DNA of 63,373 bases, counting the filler, from Chiloscyllium plagiosum (Eukaryota): NCBI RefSeq assembly GCF_004010195.1. It is 5 parts of one record of this genome, joined end to end, with 100 filler letters (N's around TTAATTAATTAA, not from the genome) between each part and the next. Parts side by side here need not be neighbours in the genome. Positions count along the whole stretch, not along the records: positions 1 to 25,885 come from NC_057713.1; positions 25,986 to 40,573 come from NC_057713.1; 3 more parts are not named here. One strand, 5' to 3'. Position 1 is the stretch's first letter. Every line of letters starts with the position of its first letter. The position numbers were made by a program, and so were the translations under genes. The notes below the pieces were generated by a model that ran no database searches, was not told the DNA's origin, and worked only from the letters and a program-made list of their open reading frames with translations. This document shows, piece after piece, positions 25,410 through 37,705 of this stretch.

Positions 25410-26272
25410 GGCTGAAAATGTGTTGCTGGAAAAGCACAGCAGGTCAGGCAGCATCCAAGGAGCAGGAGAATCGACGTTTCAGGCATGAGCCCTTCTTCAG
25501 GAATGAGGAATGTGTGCCAAACAGGCTAAGATAAAAGGTAGGGAGGAGGGACTTGGGGGAGGGGCATTGGAAATGCGATAGGTGGAAGGAGGTCAAGGTG
25601 AGGGTGATAGGCCGGAGTGGGGGTGGAGGCGGAGAGGTCAGGAACAAGATTGCAAGTTAGGAAGGTGGTGCTGAGTTCAAGGGTTGGGACTGAGACAAGG
25701 TGGGGGGAGGGGAAATGAGGAAACTGGAGAAATCTGAGTTCATCCATCTTAATGTAAAGTTCAGTCAGTCGAAGGAGGGTGTCAGTGGAAGGGTACTGGT
25801 TGGTACGGCGGGAAAGGAAGAAGTGGAGGGCTTTGAGTCCTTTGTGATGGGGGATGGAGGTGTACAGGGATTGGATGTCCATGGTNNNNNNNNNNNNNNN
25901 NNNNNNNNNNNNNNNNNNNNNNNNNNNNNTTAATTAATTAANNNNNNNNNNNNNNNNNNNNNNNNNNNNNNNNNNNNNNNNNNNNTGTCTCAGTCAAATC
26001 CCTCGAATTCAGCACCGCCTTCCTAACCTGAGATCTTCTTCCCGACCTCTCCGCCCCCACCCCAGTCTGACCTATCACCCTCACCTTGACCTCTTTCCAC
26101 CTATCACATTTCCGACGCCCCTCCCCCAAGTCCCTCCTCCCTACCTTTTATCTTAGCCTGCTGGACAAACTTTCCCCATTCCTGAAGAAGGGCTTATGCC
26201 CGAAACGTCGATTCTCCTGTTCCCTGGATGCTGCCTGACCTGCTGCGCTTTTCCAGCAACACATTTCCAGCT
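25410..26272. mobile_element. PLE family A: inverted termini around an RT fragment (spans a gap)
   Basis: 25411-25700 is the reverse complement of 25986-26272; MDIQSLYTSIPHHKGLKALHFFL RT remnant at 25745-25885 (-). Confidence 0.8.
26178..26213 (+). ncRNA. Minimal hammerhead ribozyme (family A), core intact
   Basis: attc-CTGAAGA-aGGGCttatGCCC-GAAACGTC-gatt. Confidence 0.75.
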
Positions 26273-26629
26273 ATTGAGAATCTTCTAAGTCCTAAAAAAA
26301 GACACATCCTGGGAAAACTTGTAACTTCTGACAAGTCAGGAGCATTTTAAAAAACTGTGATGAAATTGTGTGATTTATCCATATCTGAACATCTCTATTA
26401 GAATTTAGATTTTTAAAATAATGCCATAAGGCTAGGTTACTTTGGTAAAAGTGTTTTGAAAGTAAAAATAATGACTTGGTCAGAAAGTCCTTCTGGAACA
26501 GCAGCATAATTTAGTCTGTGTCAAAGAGCAGGGGCATCCATGGAGTGTTAATTGAGAACTGTTTTTAACTGTAGTGGTTTATGACAGGTGGGATAGGCCG
26601 TTAGTTTGCTTTTGGTTCAGAATGATTAA

Positions 26630-27353
26630 GGGAATGTTGCTGAACAGAGAGACCTTGGAATGCAGGTTCATAACTTCTTGAAAGTGAAGTTGCAATTAGA
26701 TAGGATAGTGAAGGCGGCGTTTGGTATGCTTTCCTTTATTGGTCAGAGTATTGAGTACAGGAGTTGGGAGGTCATGTTGCAGCTGTACAGGACATGGGTT
26801 AGGCCACTGTTGGAATATTTGTGCAATTCTGGCCTCCTTCCTATCAGAAGAATGTTGTGAAACTTGAAAGGGTTCAGAAAAGACTTACAAGGATGTTACC
26901 AGGGTAGGAGGGTTTGAGCTACAGGGAGAGGCTGACAGGCTGGCGCTGTTTTCCTTGGAGCGTCAGAGACTGAGGGGTGACCTTATAGAGGTTTACAAAA
27001 TTATGAGGGGCATGGATAGGGTAAATAGACAAAGTCTTTTCCCTGTGGTGGGGGAGTCCAGAACTAGAGGACATAGGTTTCGGGTGAGAGGCGAAAGATT
27101 TAAAAGGGACCTATGGGGAAATTTCTTTACACAGAAGGTGGTACGTGTATGGAATGAGCTGCCAGAGGATGTGGTGGAGGCTGGTACAATGACAACATTT
27201 AAGAGGCATTTGGATGGGTATATGAGTAGGAAGGGTTTGGAGGGGTATGGGCCGGGTGCTGGCAGGTGGGACTAGATTGGGTTGGGATATCTGGTCGGCA
27301 TGGACGGGTTGGACCGAAGGGTCTGTTTCCATGCTGTACATCTGTATGACTCT
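26630..27353 (+). mobile_element. CR1 LINE 3' portion
   Basis: LYRTWVRPLLEY, LRGDLIEVYKIM, WNELPEDVVEA; 3' tail. Confidence 0.9.
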
Positions 27354-27609
27354 CAGCAGATGTTTCAAACCCTCTGTACCTGGACTGGTTTTATGGAGGA
27401 GGAGATTTATGAATAAGCCTCTCCTCTTTATCTAGTTTAATTCAGTAGAATGTGTACGTGGACGAATCAGGCTTCATCAACTGCCTTTCAACAACATTCA
27501 TGTATAGACCCACACAAGAGACCCTAACTGGAAGGAGCAGGGGGCATAGCAATTATTGGTTAGTCAGCTGAAAACCTCAACCCATGATTCCAAGTTTAAC
27601 CATTCAGTA

Positions 27610-27927
27610 TAGATTAGATTCCATACAATGTGGAAACAGGCCCTTCGGTCCAACACGTCCACACCGACCCTCGGAAGAGTAACCCACCCAAATCCATTCC
27701 CCTACCCAATATTTACCCATGACTAGTGCAGCTATGGGCAATTTAACATGGCCAGTTCACCTGAGCTGTACATCTTTGGACTGTGGGAGGAAACCGGAGC
27801 ACCCGGAGGAAACCCACGCAGATGCGATGAAAATGTGTAAACTCCACACAGGCAGTTGCCCGAGGCTGGAATCGAACCCGGGTCTCTGGCGCTGTGAGGC
27901 AGCAGTGCTAACTACTGTGCCACCACG
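27610..27927 (-). mobile_element. HE1-type SINE, full length
   Basis: Reverse-complement A and B boxes and V-domain. Confidence 0.9.
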
Positions 27928-27929
27928 AA

Positions 27930-28370
27930 ATAACTGGGATGTCATGTTGCGTTGTACAGGACGCTGGTGAGGTCACGTTTGGAGTACTGTGTACATTTCT
28001 GGTCACCCTGCTCTCGGATGGATATTATGAAGATGGCGAGAGTCCAGAAAAGATTTGCCAGGATGTTACTGGGGCTGGGAGGTTTGAGTTATAGGGAGAG
28101 ACTGGATAGGCTGGGAGGTTTCTCACTGGAGCTCAGGAGGTTGAGGATGAACTTATAGACGTTTATAAAATCATGAGAGGCACACATAAGGTGAATAGCA
28201 AAGGTCTTTTCCCAAAGGGGGAACAGTTCAAAATGAGGGTGAATATTTTTCAGGTCAGAGGAGAAAGATTTAAAAGGGACCTGAGGGACAACGTTTACAC
28301 ACAGAGGGTCGGTCCTGTGTGGAATGAGCTGCCTGAGGAAGTGGTAGATGTAGATACAGTTACAACGTTT
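27930..28370 (+). mobile_element. CR1 3' fragment (older)
   Basis: YRTLVRSRLEYCVHFWSP. Confidence 0.85.
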
Positions 28371-28649
28371 TGATCAGCGTGGTGGTGGAGTAGGACCCTC
28401 CAGCTAGGACTCATCCTCTCCACCCTCTTTTCTTCTTTTCCTTCTTTCTCTTCTCTTTTCCTTTCTTCACGTGCTTTTTTTCTCTTCTTCTCCTCTCCCT
28501 TTTTCTTCCCCTTGACTCCCAGCTCTGATGACATCTCTGGCAATGAGCAAGGGTCGCCGATCTCCGGTGATGACCCCTGGCTTGGTGCAGTGCCCTTCTG
28601 CAACATCCTTCCAGCGTTGGCATGGTGACCTTCAGCCTCCTGCAGAGGT

Positions 28650-29315
28650 GTGGCGTGTCTCCAGTATTGTGTGCCTCTGCTGCGGCGTGTATCTGGTGCG
28701 GTGTGTCTCCGGTGCGGTGTACCTCCGCTGCGGTGTGTGTCTGGTGCGGTGTGTATCTGGTGTGGTGTATCTCCGCTGCGGTGTGTGTCTGGTGCGGTGT
28801 ATCTGCTGTGCGGTGTGTCTCCGGTTCAGTGTGTCTCCGGTGCGGCGAGTCTCTGGTGCGGCGTGTCTCCGGTGCGGTGTATCTCCGCTGCGGTGTGTCT
28901 CCGGTGCGGTGTGTCTCTGGTGCGGTGTGTCTCCAGTGCGGTGTGTCTCCGGTGTGGCGAGTCTCTGGTGCGGTGTGTCTCCGGTGCGGTGTATCTCCGC
29001 TGCGGTGTATCTCCGGTGCGGCGAGTCTCTGGTGCGGCGTGTCTCCGGTGCGGTGTGTCTCCGCTGCGGTGTATCTCCGGTGCGGTGTGTCTCTGGTGCG
29101 GCGTGTCTCCGGTGCGGTGTGTCTCCGGTGCGGTGTATCTCCGCTGCGGTGTGTCTCTGGTGCGGCGTGTCTTCGCTGTGGTGTGTCTCCAGTGCGGTGT
29201 GTCTCCGGTGCGGCGTGTCTCCGGTGCGGTGTGTCTCCGGTGCGGTGTGTCATTGGTGTGGCTTGTCTCTGGTGCGGTGTGTCTCTGGTGATGTCTGGAG
29301 CCGGTGTCCAGTGTG
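28650..29315. repeat. GC/CpG-rich ~16 bp minisatellite
   Basis: Degenerate (ccggtgcggtgtgtct)n, roughly 40 units. Confidence 0.92.
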
Positions 29316-29505
29316 GACTGGCAGGGGTGTTCTGCTGTATTGAGCTTCCGTTTGCATAATGCTGAGCATTTTATTTCTGTATTGTCTAAGATCTTGCAGC
29401 AAAAGAAACTGGAGCTAGGGACCTTTGTACCAGAGATGGTGCTGTAAGGGATGATGTATAAACTTTTCATGCACTCATTGAGTATATGTGACAATAAATA
29501 CATGG

Positions 29506-29951
29506 TTGAAAAATGTGTTGCTGAAAAAGCACAGCAGGTCAGGCAGCATCCAAGGAGCAGGAGAATCGACGTTTCAGGCATAAGCCCTTCTTCAGGAATG
29601 AGGAGGGTGTGCCAAGCAAGCTAAGATAAAAGGTAGGGAGGAAGGACTTTGGGAAGGGGGGTTGGGAATGCGATAGGTGGAAGGGGTTAAGGTGAGGGTG
29701 ATTGGCTGGAGAGGGGGTGGGGGCAGAGAGGTCGGGAAGAAGATTGCAGGTTAAGAAGGCGGTGCTGAATTCGAGGGTTGGGACTGAGATAAGGTGGGGG
29801 GAGGGGAAATGAGGAATCTGGAGAAATCTTCATTCATCCCTTGTGGTTGGAGGGTTCCTAGGCGGAAGATGAGGCGCTCTTCCTCCACGAGTCATGTTGC
29901 AACACATTTTTCAGCTCTGATCTCCAGCATCTGCAATCCTCACTTTCTCCT
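29506..29951 (-). mobile_element. PLE family A 3' end with a short inverted terminus
   Basis: Same as 25411-25745; the inverted tail gcaacacatttttcagctct...cactttctcc lies at ~29897-29951. Confidence 0.8.
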
Positions 29952-30902
29952 AATAAATACGTGGTGTATGGATAAGAAAGAGATCTCGGTCAAACACAGG
30001 CAAGTGGTATCTCTTCAGTTTCGGAAACCTGGTCAGCGCGGACGATTGGACAGAAGGCTTGTTTCTGTGCTCTATGGCTCTATGACTCTCTATCTCAAAT
30101 TCCACTCTAGTGAGTAGGATTTCAAAATCAACCACGTGAACCCATTCAGAACAATGACTGGCTTGTTGTAAAAACCCACCTGGTTCACTAATGTCCTTTC
30201 GGGAAGGAAACTGCCATCCTTCCCTGCTCTGGCCTGCATGTGACTCCAGACCCACAGCAATGTGGCTGATTTTTCAATTGTTGTTTTCAAAATGGCGTGT
30301 CACCACCAGCTTCTCAGGGGCAATTAGGGATGGGTGATCAATCCCAGACATATCCCAGGAATGTTTAAAACTAAACCCATCGGAAAGTGAAGGTACTGTG
30401 ATCTGCAATGGTCATGTGTGGAATGAGCTGCCACAGGAAGTGGTAGATGCAGACAGAACTCGTCTACTCCATCTGCTTTTCCTCTTCTTTTCTTCATCTT
30501 CTTCCTCTTTCTCTTTTCTTTTCTCATCGAGCTTTTTCCCTCATCTTCTCCTCCTTCTTTTTCTTCCCTTTGACTCCCGGCTTGGATGACATCTCTGATA
30601 ATGAGCGATGATCCCCAAGTAGGGGATCAATGAATAGGACCCTCCAGAGCAATGTCACAATTCGAAGATTTGTTTTCACTCTCTTTGAGTCACTTGCTCT
30701 TTGGGATTGGCTGTAAAAATATTGCACAAGAAGTTCAAAAGGCTGTTTGACTGGGTAGGGCAGCTGGATGTTGAAGGCTAACTGATGAACTGTCCAAGAG
30801 TGCATCTAAATCACCTTTGGTAATTCAAACCCTTACATCAACAATGGAGAGGGCCACTGAAAATCCAACACTTCCAGGAAATTGTCCAGTTTTCCTACAG
30901 AG

Positions 30903-31277
30903 TAGATTCGATTCCCTACAGTGTGGAACCAGGCCCTTTGGCCCAACAAGTCCACACTAACCCTCCGAAGAGTAACCCACCACCTAGCGTATTACCCCTG
31001 ACTAATGCACCTATCCTACACATCCATAGATTCATAGAATTCATAGAATCCATTAATTCATAGAATTACCCCTGACTAATGCACCTATCCTACACATCCC
31101 TGAACACTACGGGTAATTTAGCCTAACTCACCTAACCTGCACATCTTTGGACTGTGGGAGGAAACTCATGCAGACACAGAGAGAACGTGCAAACTCCACA
31201 CAAGTCAGTCGCCCGAGGCAGGAATTGAACCCGGGTCCCTGGTGCTGTGAGGCTGCAGTGCTAACCACTGAGCCACC
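30903..31277 (-). mobile_element. HE1-type SINE with an internal duplication
   Basis: attacccctgactaatgcacctatcctacacatcc occurs twice, around a (CATAGAAT) microrepeat. Confidence 0.85.
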
Positions 31278-32216
31278 CCTCTGGTTTCAATCCACCACTC
31301 TGTGATCAGCAACATGCAGAGGAAAGTCACATTTAGAAGATTTGTTTTCACTCACTTCGAGTCATTTTTCTTTGGGATTGGATGTAAAAATAGTGTGCTT
31401 CAATCCAATAGTGGGAGTGGGACCAATCAGGCAACTCTTGTAAGGTCTGGTGTAGACTCAGGGGACAGAATGGCCTCGTTCTGCACAGTCTGATCCCAGG
31501 AAGGGAGAGGAATGTCTGAACTCAAAATTGCCTTCAGTTCAAACTCTGATTTCAGGGCAATCCAGAGAAGTCACAAAAGAGTAGGCTTAGAACAAAAATA
31601 TAACCTCGCTTGTGCACTTAAAGCTGAGATTGTGTAAACATGAAAGATTTTCCAAGTATGTGAATGTACTTGACCAATGTCACCAGAGAATATTTATTTT
31701 GTAAGCTTGTGCTTTGTTTTTCCATTGGGCAGGCAAACAATTATCCGCGAGTTTGTTTTAATTAACATAGGAAATAAAACATCTTCTTCCCCCAACTTAG
31801 GACAAAGTTCCCAACGAGCTTTGTCTGTAAGTATCTGTTTATTACATACAACATTTTATTAAATCTGCTGTGAATACTCAGTGTGAGGCTTTCAGCTTGC
31901 TAAATTGTGGCATTGCTCATAGAATGGAGCCAAAATTGTGGGATGAAAGTGGGGTTAATGTGGGATACGGTTCTTCCACGTCTAGCCACACAAGTACAGA
32001 GAAGATTATGCGGTTGGACAGGACATGCAGCTGAATGATTTTTGAACTGTAAGTTTTCCAGCGTTGAATCCATTTCTCCATGACTTCTCAATAATGAATG
32101 ATGAATGATTTATTTATCATCATTTGCATTTTACAGTGAATAATGCGATAAAATACAGTGAAAAATTTCGACAGATGCCACAATCCAGAGCCATTTGGAA
32201 TAGAACCTTAGAATTG

Positions 32217-32299
32217 ATTTCTGATAAAGGTGCAGCACTCCAAACGCTAGTGCTTCCAAATAAACCTGTTGGACTATAATCTAGTGTTGTGTGATTTTT
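32217..32299 (+). mobile_element. Solo PLE hammerhead insertion (family C, degenerate) with 13 bp TSD
   Basis: TSD aaccttagaattg at 32204-32216 and 32300-32312. Confidence 0.8.
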
Positions 32300-32514
32300 A
32301 ACCTTAGAATTGGTTGCCTTGTTACATGTACTCACATGAGTACATTGAATGGTTTACAGTCACCCCTTACAGTAACATCTTAGGTACAGAGTACCTTGGC
32401 ACAGATTCTTAAACACAAATTGTTAGGGAAAAAATAATTAGAAAAATAAAGAAATAAGAATGCCAGCCTTACAGATCACAGGAATAAATTAGAACAATTG
32501 AGAAATAAAAAGTT

Positions 32515-33111
32515 TAGCACATTGGTTAGGCCACTGTTGGAATATTGTGTGTAATTCACATGCAGACACAGAGAGAATGTGCAAACTCCACACAAGTCAG
32601 TCGGAAAGATGTTTTGAAACTTGAAAGGGTTCAGAAAAAATTCACAAGGATGTTGCCAGGGTTGGAGGGTTTGAACTTTAGGGAGAGGCTGAACAGGCTG
32701 GGGCTATTTTCCCTGGAGCGTCGGAAGCTGAGGGGAGACTTTATAGAGGCTTACAAAATTATGAGGGGCACGGATAGGGTAAATAGGCAAAGTATTTTCC
32801 CTGGGGTTGGGGAGTCCAGAACTAGAGGGTATAGGTTTAGGGTGAGAGGAGAAAGATATAAAAGAGACCTAAGGGGCAACCTTTTCACACAGAGGGTGGT
32901 ACGGAATGAGCTGCCAAAGGATGTGGTGGAGGCTGGTACAATTACAACATTTAAGAGGCATTTGGATGGGTATATGAGTAGGAAGGGTTTGAAGGGATAT
33001 GGACTGGGTGCTGGCAGGTGGGACAAGATTGGGTTGGGATATCTGGTCGGCATGGACAGGTTGGACCAAAGGGTCTGTTTCTGTGTTATACATCTCTATG
33101 ACTCTATGACT
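32515..33111 (+). mobile_element. CR1 LINE 3' portion
   Basis: RKDVLKLERVQKKFTRMLPGL...; (CTATGACT) tail. Confidence 0.9.
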
Positions 33112-33194
33112 GTAATAGTTTGTGAATAAAAGGACAAAAGATACAACTGAAAGAGAATGATTAAGAATAAAAATAAGATAGTAACGTTGAAAAG

Positions 33195-33785
33195 AAAAAA
33201 TTGCTGGTAATCACAGTGGGCAAAAGTGAGATGCTGGAAACCAGAGTTTAGATTAGAGTGGTGCTGGAAAAGCACAGCAGGTCAGGCAGCATCCGAGGAG
33301 CAGGAGAGTCGACGTTTCGGGCAAAAGCCCTTCATCAGGAAACAGTAGGGCAGGCAGCATCCGTGGAGTGTGCACTATCCATGGATACTGCCCAATCCAT
33401 ACTGATTACCGACATATTTTGTTTTCACAGTCAATAGATCTGAAGCTGGAAGTGCACAGCAGGTCAGGCAGCATCCGAAAAGCAGGAGAGTTGACGTTAC
33501 GGGCCAAAACCCTTCGTCAGGACTGGGAAGGGGAGCCCAGAAGTATGTAGAGAGAGGGGGGTGGTGGGGCTGGGGGAAGGGTAGGTGGATGAAACACGAG
33601 GTTATTGTGATTGGTCAGTGGGAAGGGAATGGAGAGGTGAGTAGGAAGGTGGCCAGGTTAGGTCAGGCCAGGGAGGTGAGGAGGAAGGAGATGTCTAGAC
33701 ATAGAATCAGGCTGGGGGAGGAGGGATCTTGAAGCTGGTGAAGTCAATATTGAGACAGTAGGGCTCTAAGTTGCCCAGGTGAAGT
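33195..33785 (-). mobile_element. Cluster of PLE termini (families A, D and B-like)
   Basis: Repeated cagcaggtcaggcagcatcc motif; hammerhead motifs at 33307-33342 and 33489-33525. Confidence 0.75.
33307..33342 (-). ncRNA. Minimal hammerhead ribozyme (family A), core intact
   Basis: Reverse complement tttc-CTGATGA-aGGGCttttGCCC-GAAACGTC-gact. Confidence 0.7.
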
Positions 33786-34016
33786 TATCAGCGTGTTGAT
33801 ACTTACATCTGCAGTAATTTGCCCCAAGATTCTAGTGCAGTCTTCCTTATACACTTTCCAATTCAATTCCAACTCAATTAAATTTACATTCCAATGTCAA
33901 CATTTCACATTTAAGTGATGTATCTGACTCACATTATGTAAAACTGTATGTAGTAATGGTATAGACATATCATCAGCAGTCCTGCCTTCAGTGTTAATGG
34001 CCCCAATCTTTGGAAA

Positions 34017-34110
34017 CCTCCTCCCCCTCCCCCTCCCCCCCCCCCTCCACCCCCACCCCACCCTCCACCCCCACCCCGACTAAACCTCCCTTCTCCCTCT
34101 CCTCTTTTCA
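34017..34110. repeat. C-rich low-complexity tract (G-quadruplex potential on the - strand)
   Basis: Many runs of three or more C. Confidence 0.75.
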
Positions 34111-34263
34111 CGCACTCCCTTAAAGTTTAATTAGGCCAAAGAACCATTGTGAAGAAAAGTCACTCCACCAAAAGGTTAACTCTGTTTCTCTCTCCACAGA
34201 CGCTGCCAGACCTGCTGAGTTTCTCCAGCAATTTCTGATTTTGTTTCTGACTTAGTTTAGTTT

Positions 34264-34460
34264 AAAGTAAGAAGTCACCTGACACCAGGTAATAGTCCAA
34301 TGGGTTTATTTAAAATCACAAGCTTTCGGAGCACTGCTCCGATGAAGGGGCACCTCTATGAAAGCTTGTGATTTCAAATAAACCTGTTGGACTGTACTTT
34401 GGTGTCATGTGACTTCTGACTTAGTCCAGCCCAGTCCAACATTGGCACCTCCACATCATG
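34264..34460. mobile_element. Palindromic PLE-terminus insertion (family C) with ~10 bp TSD
   Basis: Inverted arms meet at ~34340; agtttagttt at 34254-34263 and 34461-34470. Confidence 0.8.
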
Positions 34461-34578
34461 AGTTTAGTTTGGGTACATGGGGGTCTGTTGCTGTTGCTGG
34501 ATGAGGGGATAGCGAGGACTGCAGATGCTGGAGAGTCAGAGTCGATAAAGCGAGGTGCTGGGAAAAACACAGCAGGTC

Positions 34579-34720
34579 AGAGAGACAGAGAGAGAGAGAC
34601 GGAGAGAGAGACAAAGAGAAAGAGACACAGAGAGAGAGACAAAGAGAGACAGAGACAGAGACAAAGAGAGAGAAAAGACAGAGAGACAAAGAGAGAGAGA
34701 GACGGACAGAGTGAAAGGGG
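34579..34720. repeat. (AG/ACAG)-rich microsatellite between PLE terminal fragments
   Basis: agagagacagag... tract. Confidence 0.9.
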
Positions 34721-35199
34721 ATAGACAACAAAAAACTGAAAACAACAAATGCTGGAGATCACAGCAGGTCAGGCAGCATCCATGGAGAGAGAGCAAGCAA
34801 ATGTTTTGAGTCTGGATGACTCTGAAATGATGCTGGTGATGGAGTAATAGCACAGTGTGTGGTCTCCTCAGCCAAGGAGCTCATCTACTGTTCGCTTTTA
34901 ATATTTTTCTTTATTCTTTCTCTGTTTTTAATGTTTCCAGTTAGTACAGTTACCGACCTTCATTTAGCAGCTTCTCCTGATCCAACTCCGGTGACCCAGC
35001 ATTTCGATTCCCATCATGATTGATGTTCGCAGTCTGTTTTGTGTGTTTCGTCTCTTGATCAGCTTCCTCTGGGACCAGGCGTCTTTAAATGGACTTTGAT
35101 GAACTTTTGTCTTAAATTTACTTTTGTTGTCACTTATGACTTCTGTCATTAATGTTAGTGCCATGGTAGGGGCTGAATGCTCTGGCCCGAATCCTTAGA

Positions 35200-35375
35200 G
35201 ACAAAGGTGGGTACTGCAGATGCTGGAGATCAGAGTCAAAATTAGAGTGGTGCTGGAAAAATACAGCAGGCCAGGCAGCATCTGAGGAGCAGGAAAATCC
35301 CTTCATCAGGAATGAGGCTGGGAGCCACGGGGGTGGAGAGATTAACAGGAGGGGGTGGGGGTGGGGGAGAAGGTA
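35200..35375 (-). mobile_element. PLE family A terminus
   Basis: gtactgcagatgctggagatcagagtc...cccttcatcaggaat. Confidence 0.75.
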
Positions 35376-35517
35376 GTATTTGTTTGTAAAAGTACACATG
35401 ATAACTAATTCTAATTCAAAAGGGAAACGGGCCAAAGTGAGCGAAAAGAATGTTTTTGGAGGAACATAGATGAAACGTAACGTTCAAATGTGAATTGACA
35501 GTGCTGAATGTGACGTT

Positions 35518-37705
35518 ATAGAGTCATAGAGATGTACAGCAGGGAAACAAAACCTTCAGTCCAACCCGTCCATGCCGACCAGATATCCCAACCCCTCGTC
35601 CCACCTGCCAGCACTCGGCCCATATCCCTCCAAACACTTCCTATTCATTTACCCATCCAAATGCCTCTTAAATGTTGTAATTGTACCAGCCTCCACCCAC
35701 TTCCTCTGGCAGCTCATTCCATACACGCACCACCCTCTGTGTGAAAAAGTTGCTCCTTAGGTCACTTTTATATCTTTCCCCTCTCACCCTAAACCTATGC
35801 CCTCTAGTTCTGGACTCCCCCACCCGAGGGAAAAGACTTTGTCTATTTACCCTATCTATGCCCCTCATAATTTTGTAAACCTCTAGAGCCTCTGACGCTC
35901 CAGGGAAAATAGCCCCAGCCTGTTCAGCCTCTCCCTGTAGCTCAAATCCTCCAACCCTGGCAAGATACTTGTAAATCTTTTCTGAACCCTTTCAAGTTTC
36001 ACAACATCTTTCCGATAGGAAGGAGACCAGAATTGCACGAAATATTCCNNNNNNNNNNNNNNNNNNNNNNNNNNNNNNNNNNNNNNNNNNNNNNNNNNNN
36101 NNNNNNNNNNNNNNNNNNNNNNNNNNNNNNNNNNNNNNNNNNNNNNNNNNNNNNNNNNNNNNNNNNNNNNNNNNNNNNNNNNNNNNNNNNNNNNNNNNNN
36201 NNNNNNNNNNNNNNNNNNNNNNNNNNNNNNNNNNNNNNNNNNNNNNNNNNNNNNNNNNNNNNNNNNNNNNCTGGTCACAGGCCTCCAGTCTGAAAAACAA
36301 CCCTCCACCACCACCCTCCGTCTTCTACCTTTGAGCCAGTTCTGTATCCAAATGGCTAGTTGTCCCTGTGTTCTGTGAGATCCAACCTTGCTAATCAATC
36401 CCCCATGGGGAACCTTGTCAAACACGTTACTGAAGTCCATATAGATCACATCTACCACTCTGCCCTCATCAATCCTCTTTGTTACTTCTTCAAAAAACTC
36501 AATCAAGTTTGTGAGACATGATTTCCCACGCACAAAGCCATGTTGACTATCCCTAATCAGTCCTTGCCTTTCCAAATACATGTACCATCCTGTCCCTCAG
36601 GATTCCCTCCAACAACTTGCCCACCACTGAGGTCAGGCTCACTGGTCTATAGTGCCCTGGCTTGTCTTTACTGCCCTTCTTAAACAGTGGTATCACGTTT
36701 GCCAACCTCCAGTCTTCTGGCACCTCACCTGTGACTATCGATGATACAAATACCTCAGCAAGAGGCCCAGCAATCACTTCTCTAGCTTCCCACAGAGTTC
36801 TCGGATACATCTGATCAGGTCCTGGGGATTTATCCACTTTTATGCATTTCAAGACATCCAGCACTTCCTCCTCTGTAATATGGATATCTTGCAAGATGTC
36901 ACCATCTCTTTCCCTACAGTCTATATCTTTCATATCCTTTTCCACATTAAATACTGATGCAAAATATTCATTTAGTATCTCCCCCATTTTCTGTGGCTCC
37001 ACACAAAGGCCCCCTTGCTGATCCTTGAAGGGCCCTATTCTCTCCCTAGTTACCCTTTTGACCTTAATGTATTTGTAAAAATCCTTTGGATTCTCCTTAA
37101 TTCTATTTGCCAAAGCTACCTCATGTTCCCTTTTTGCCCTCCTGATTTCCCTCTTAAGTATATTCCTTCTTTCTTTATACTCTTCTAAGGATTCACTAGA
37201 TCTATCCTGTCTATACCTGACATATGCTTCCTTCTTTTTCTTAACCAAACCCTCAATTTCTTTAGTCATCCAGCATTCCCTATACCTACCAGCCTTCCCT
37301 TTCACCCTGACAGGAATATACTTTCTCTGGATTCTTGTTATCTCATTTCTGAAGGCTTCTCATTTTCCAGCCGTCCCTTTACCTGCGAACATCTGCCTCC
37401 AATCAGCTTTTGAGAGTTCTTGCCTAATACCGTCAAAATTGGCCTTTCTCCAATTTAGAACTTCAACTTTTAGATCTGGTCTATCCTTTTCCATCACTAT
37501 TTTAAATCTAATAGAATTATGGTCGCTGGCCCCAAAGTGCTCCCCCACTGACACCTCAGTCACCTGCCCTGCCTTATTTCCCAAGAGTAGGTCAAGTTTT
37601 GCACCTTCTCTAGTAGGTACATCCACATACTGACTCAGAAAATTGTCTTGTGTGCATTTAACAAATTTCTCTTCGTCTAAACCTTTAACACTATGGCAGT
37701 CCCAG
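35518..37705 (-). mobile_element. CR1 LINE ORF2, 5'-truncated and frameshifted, contains a gap
   Basis: LDLLLGN, ASDHN, KSPGPD, YRPVSLTSVVGK, SQHGF..GKSCLTNL, YMDFS..FDKVPH; 3' tail. Confidence 0.95.

Noticed and set aside
25886..25985. TTAATTAATTAA palindrome within N runs (also ~40618, ~56991, ~60288)
   Set aside because: Artificial six-frame-stop scaffolding spacer. Adjacency across these gaps is uncertain.
28411..29581. 200-280 aa Cys/Arg/His-rich ORFs on both strands
   Set aside because: Translations of the GC-rich minisatellite.
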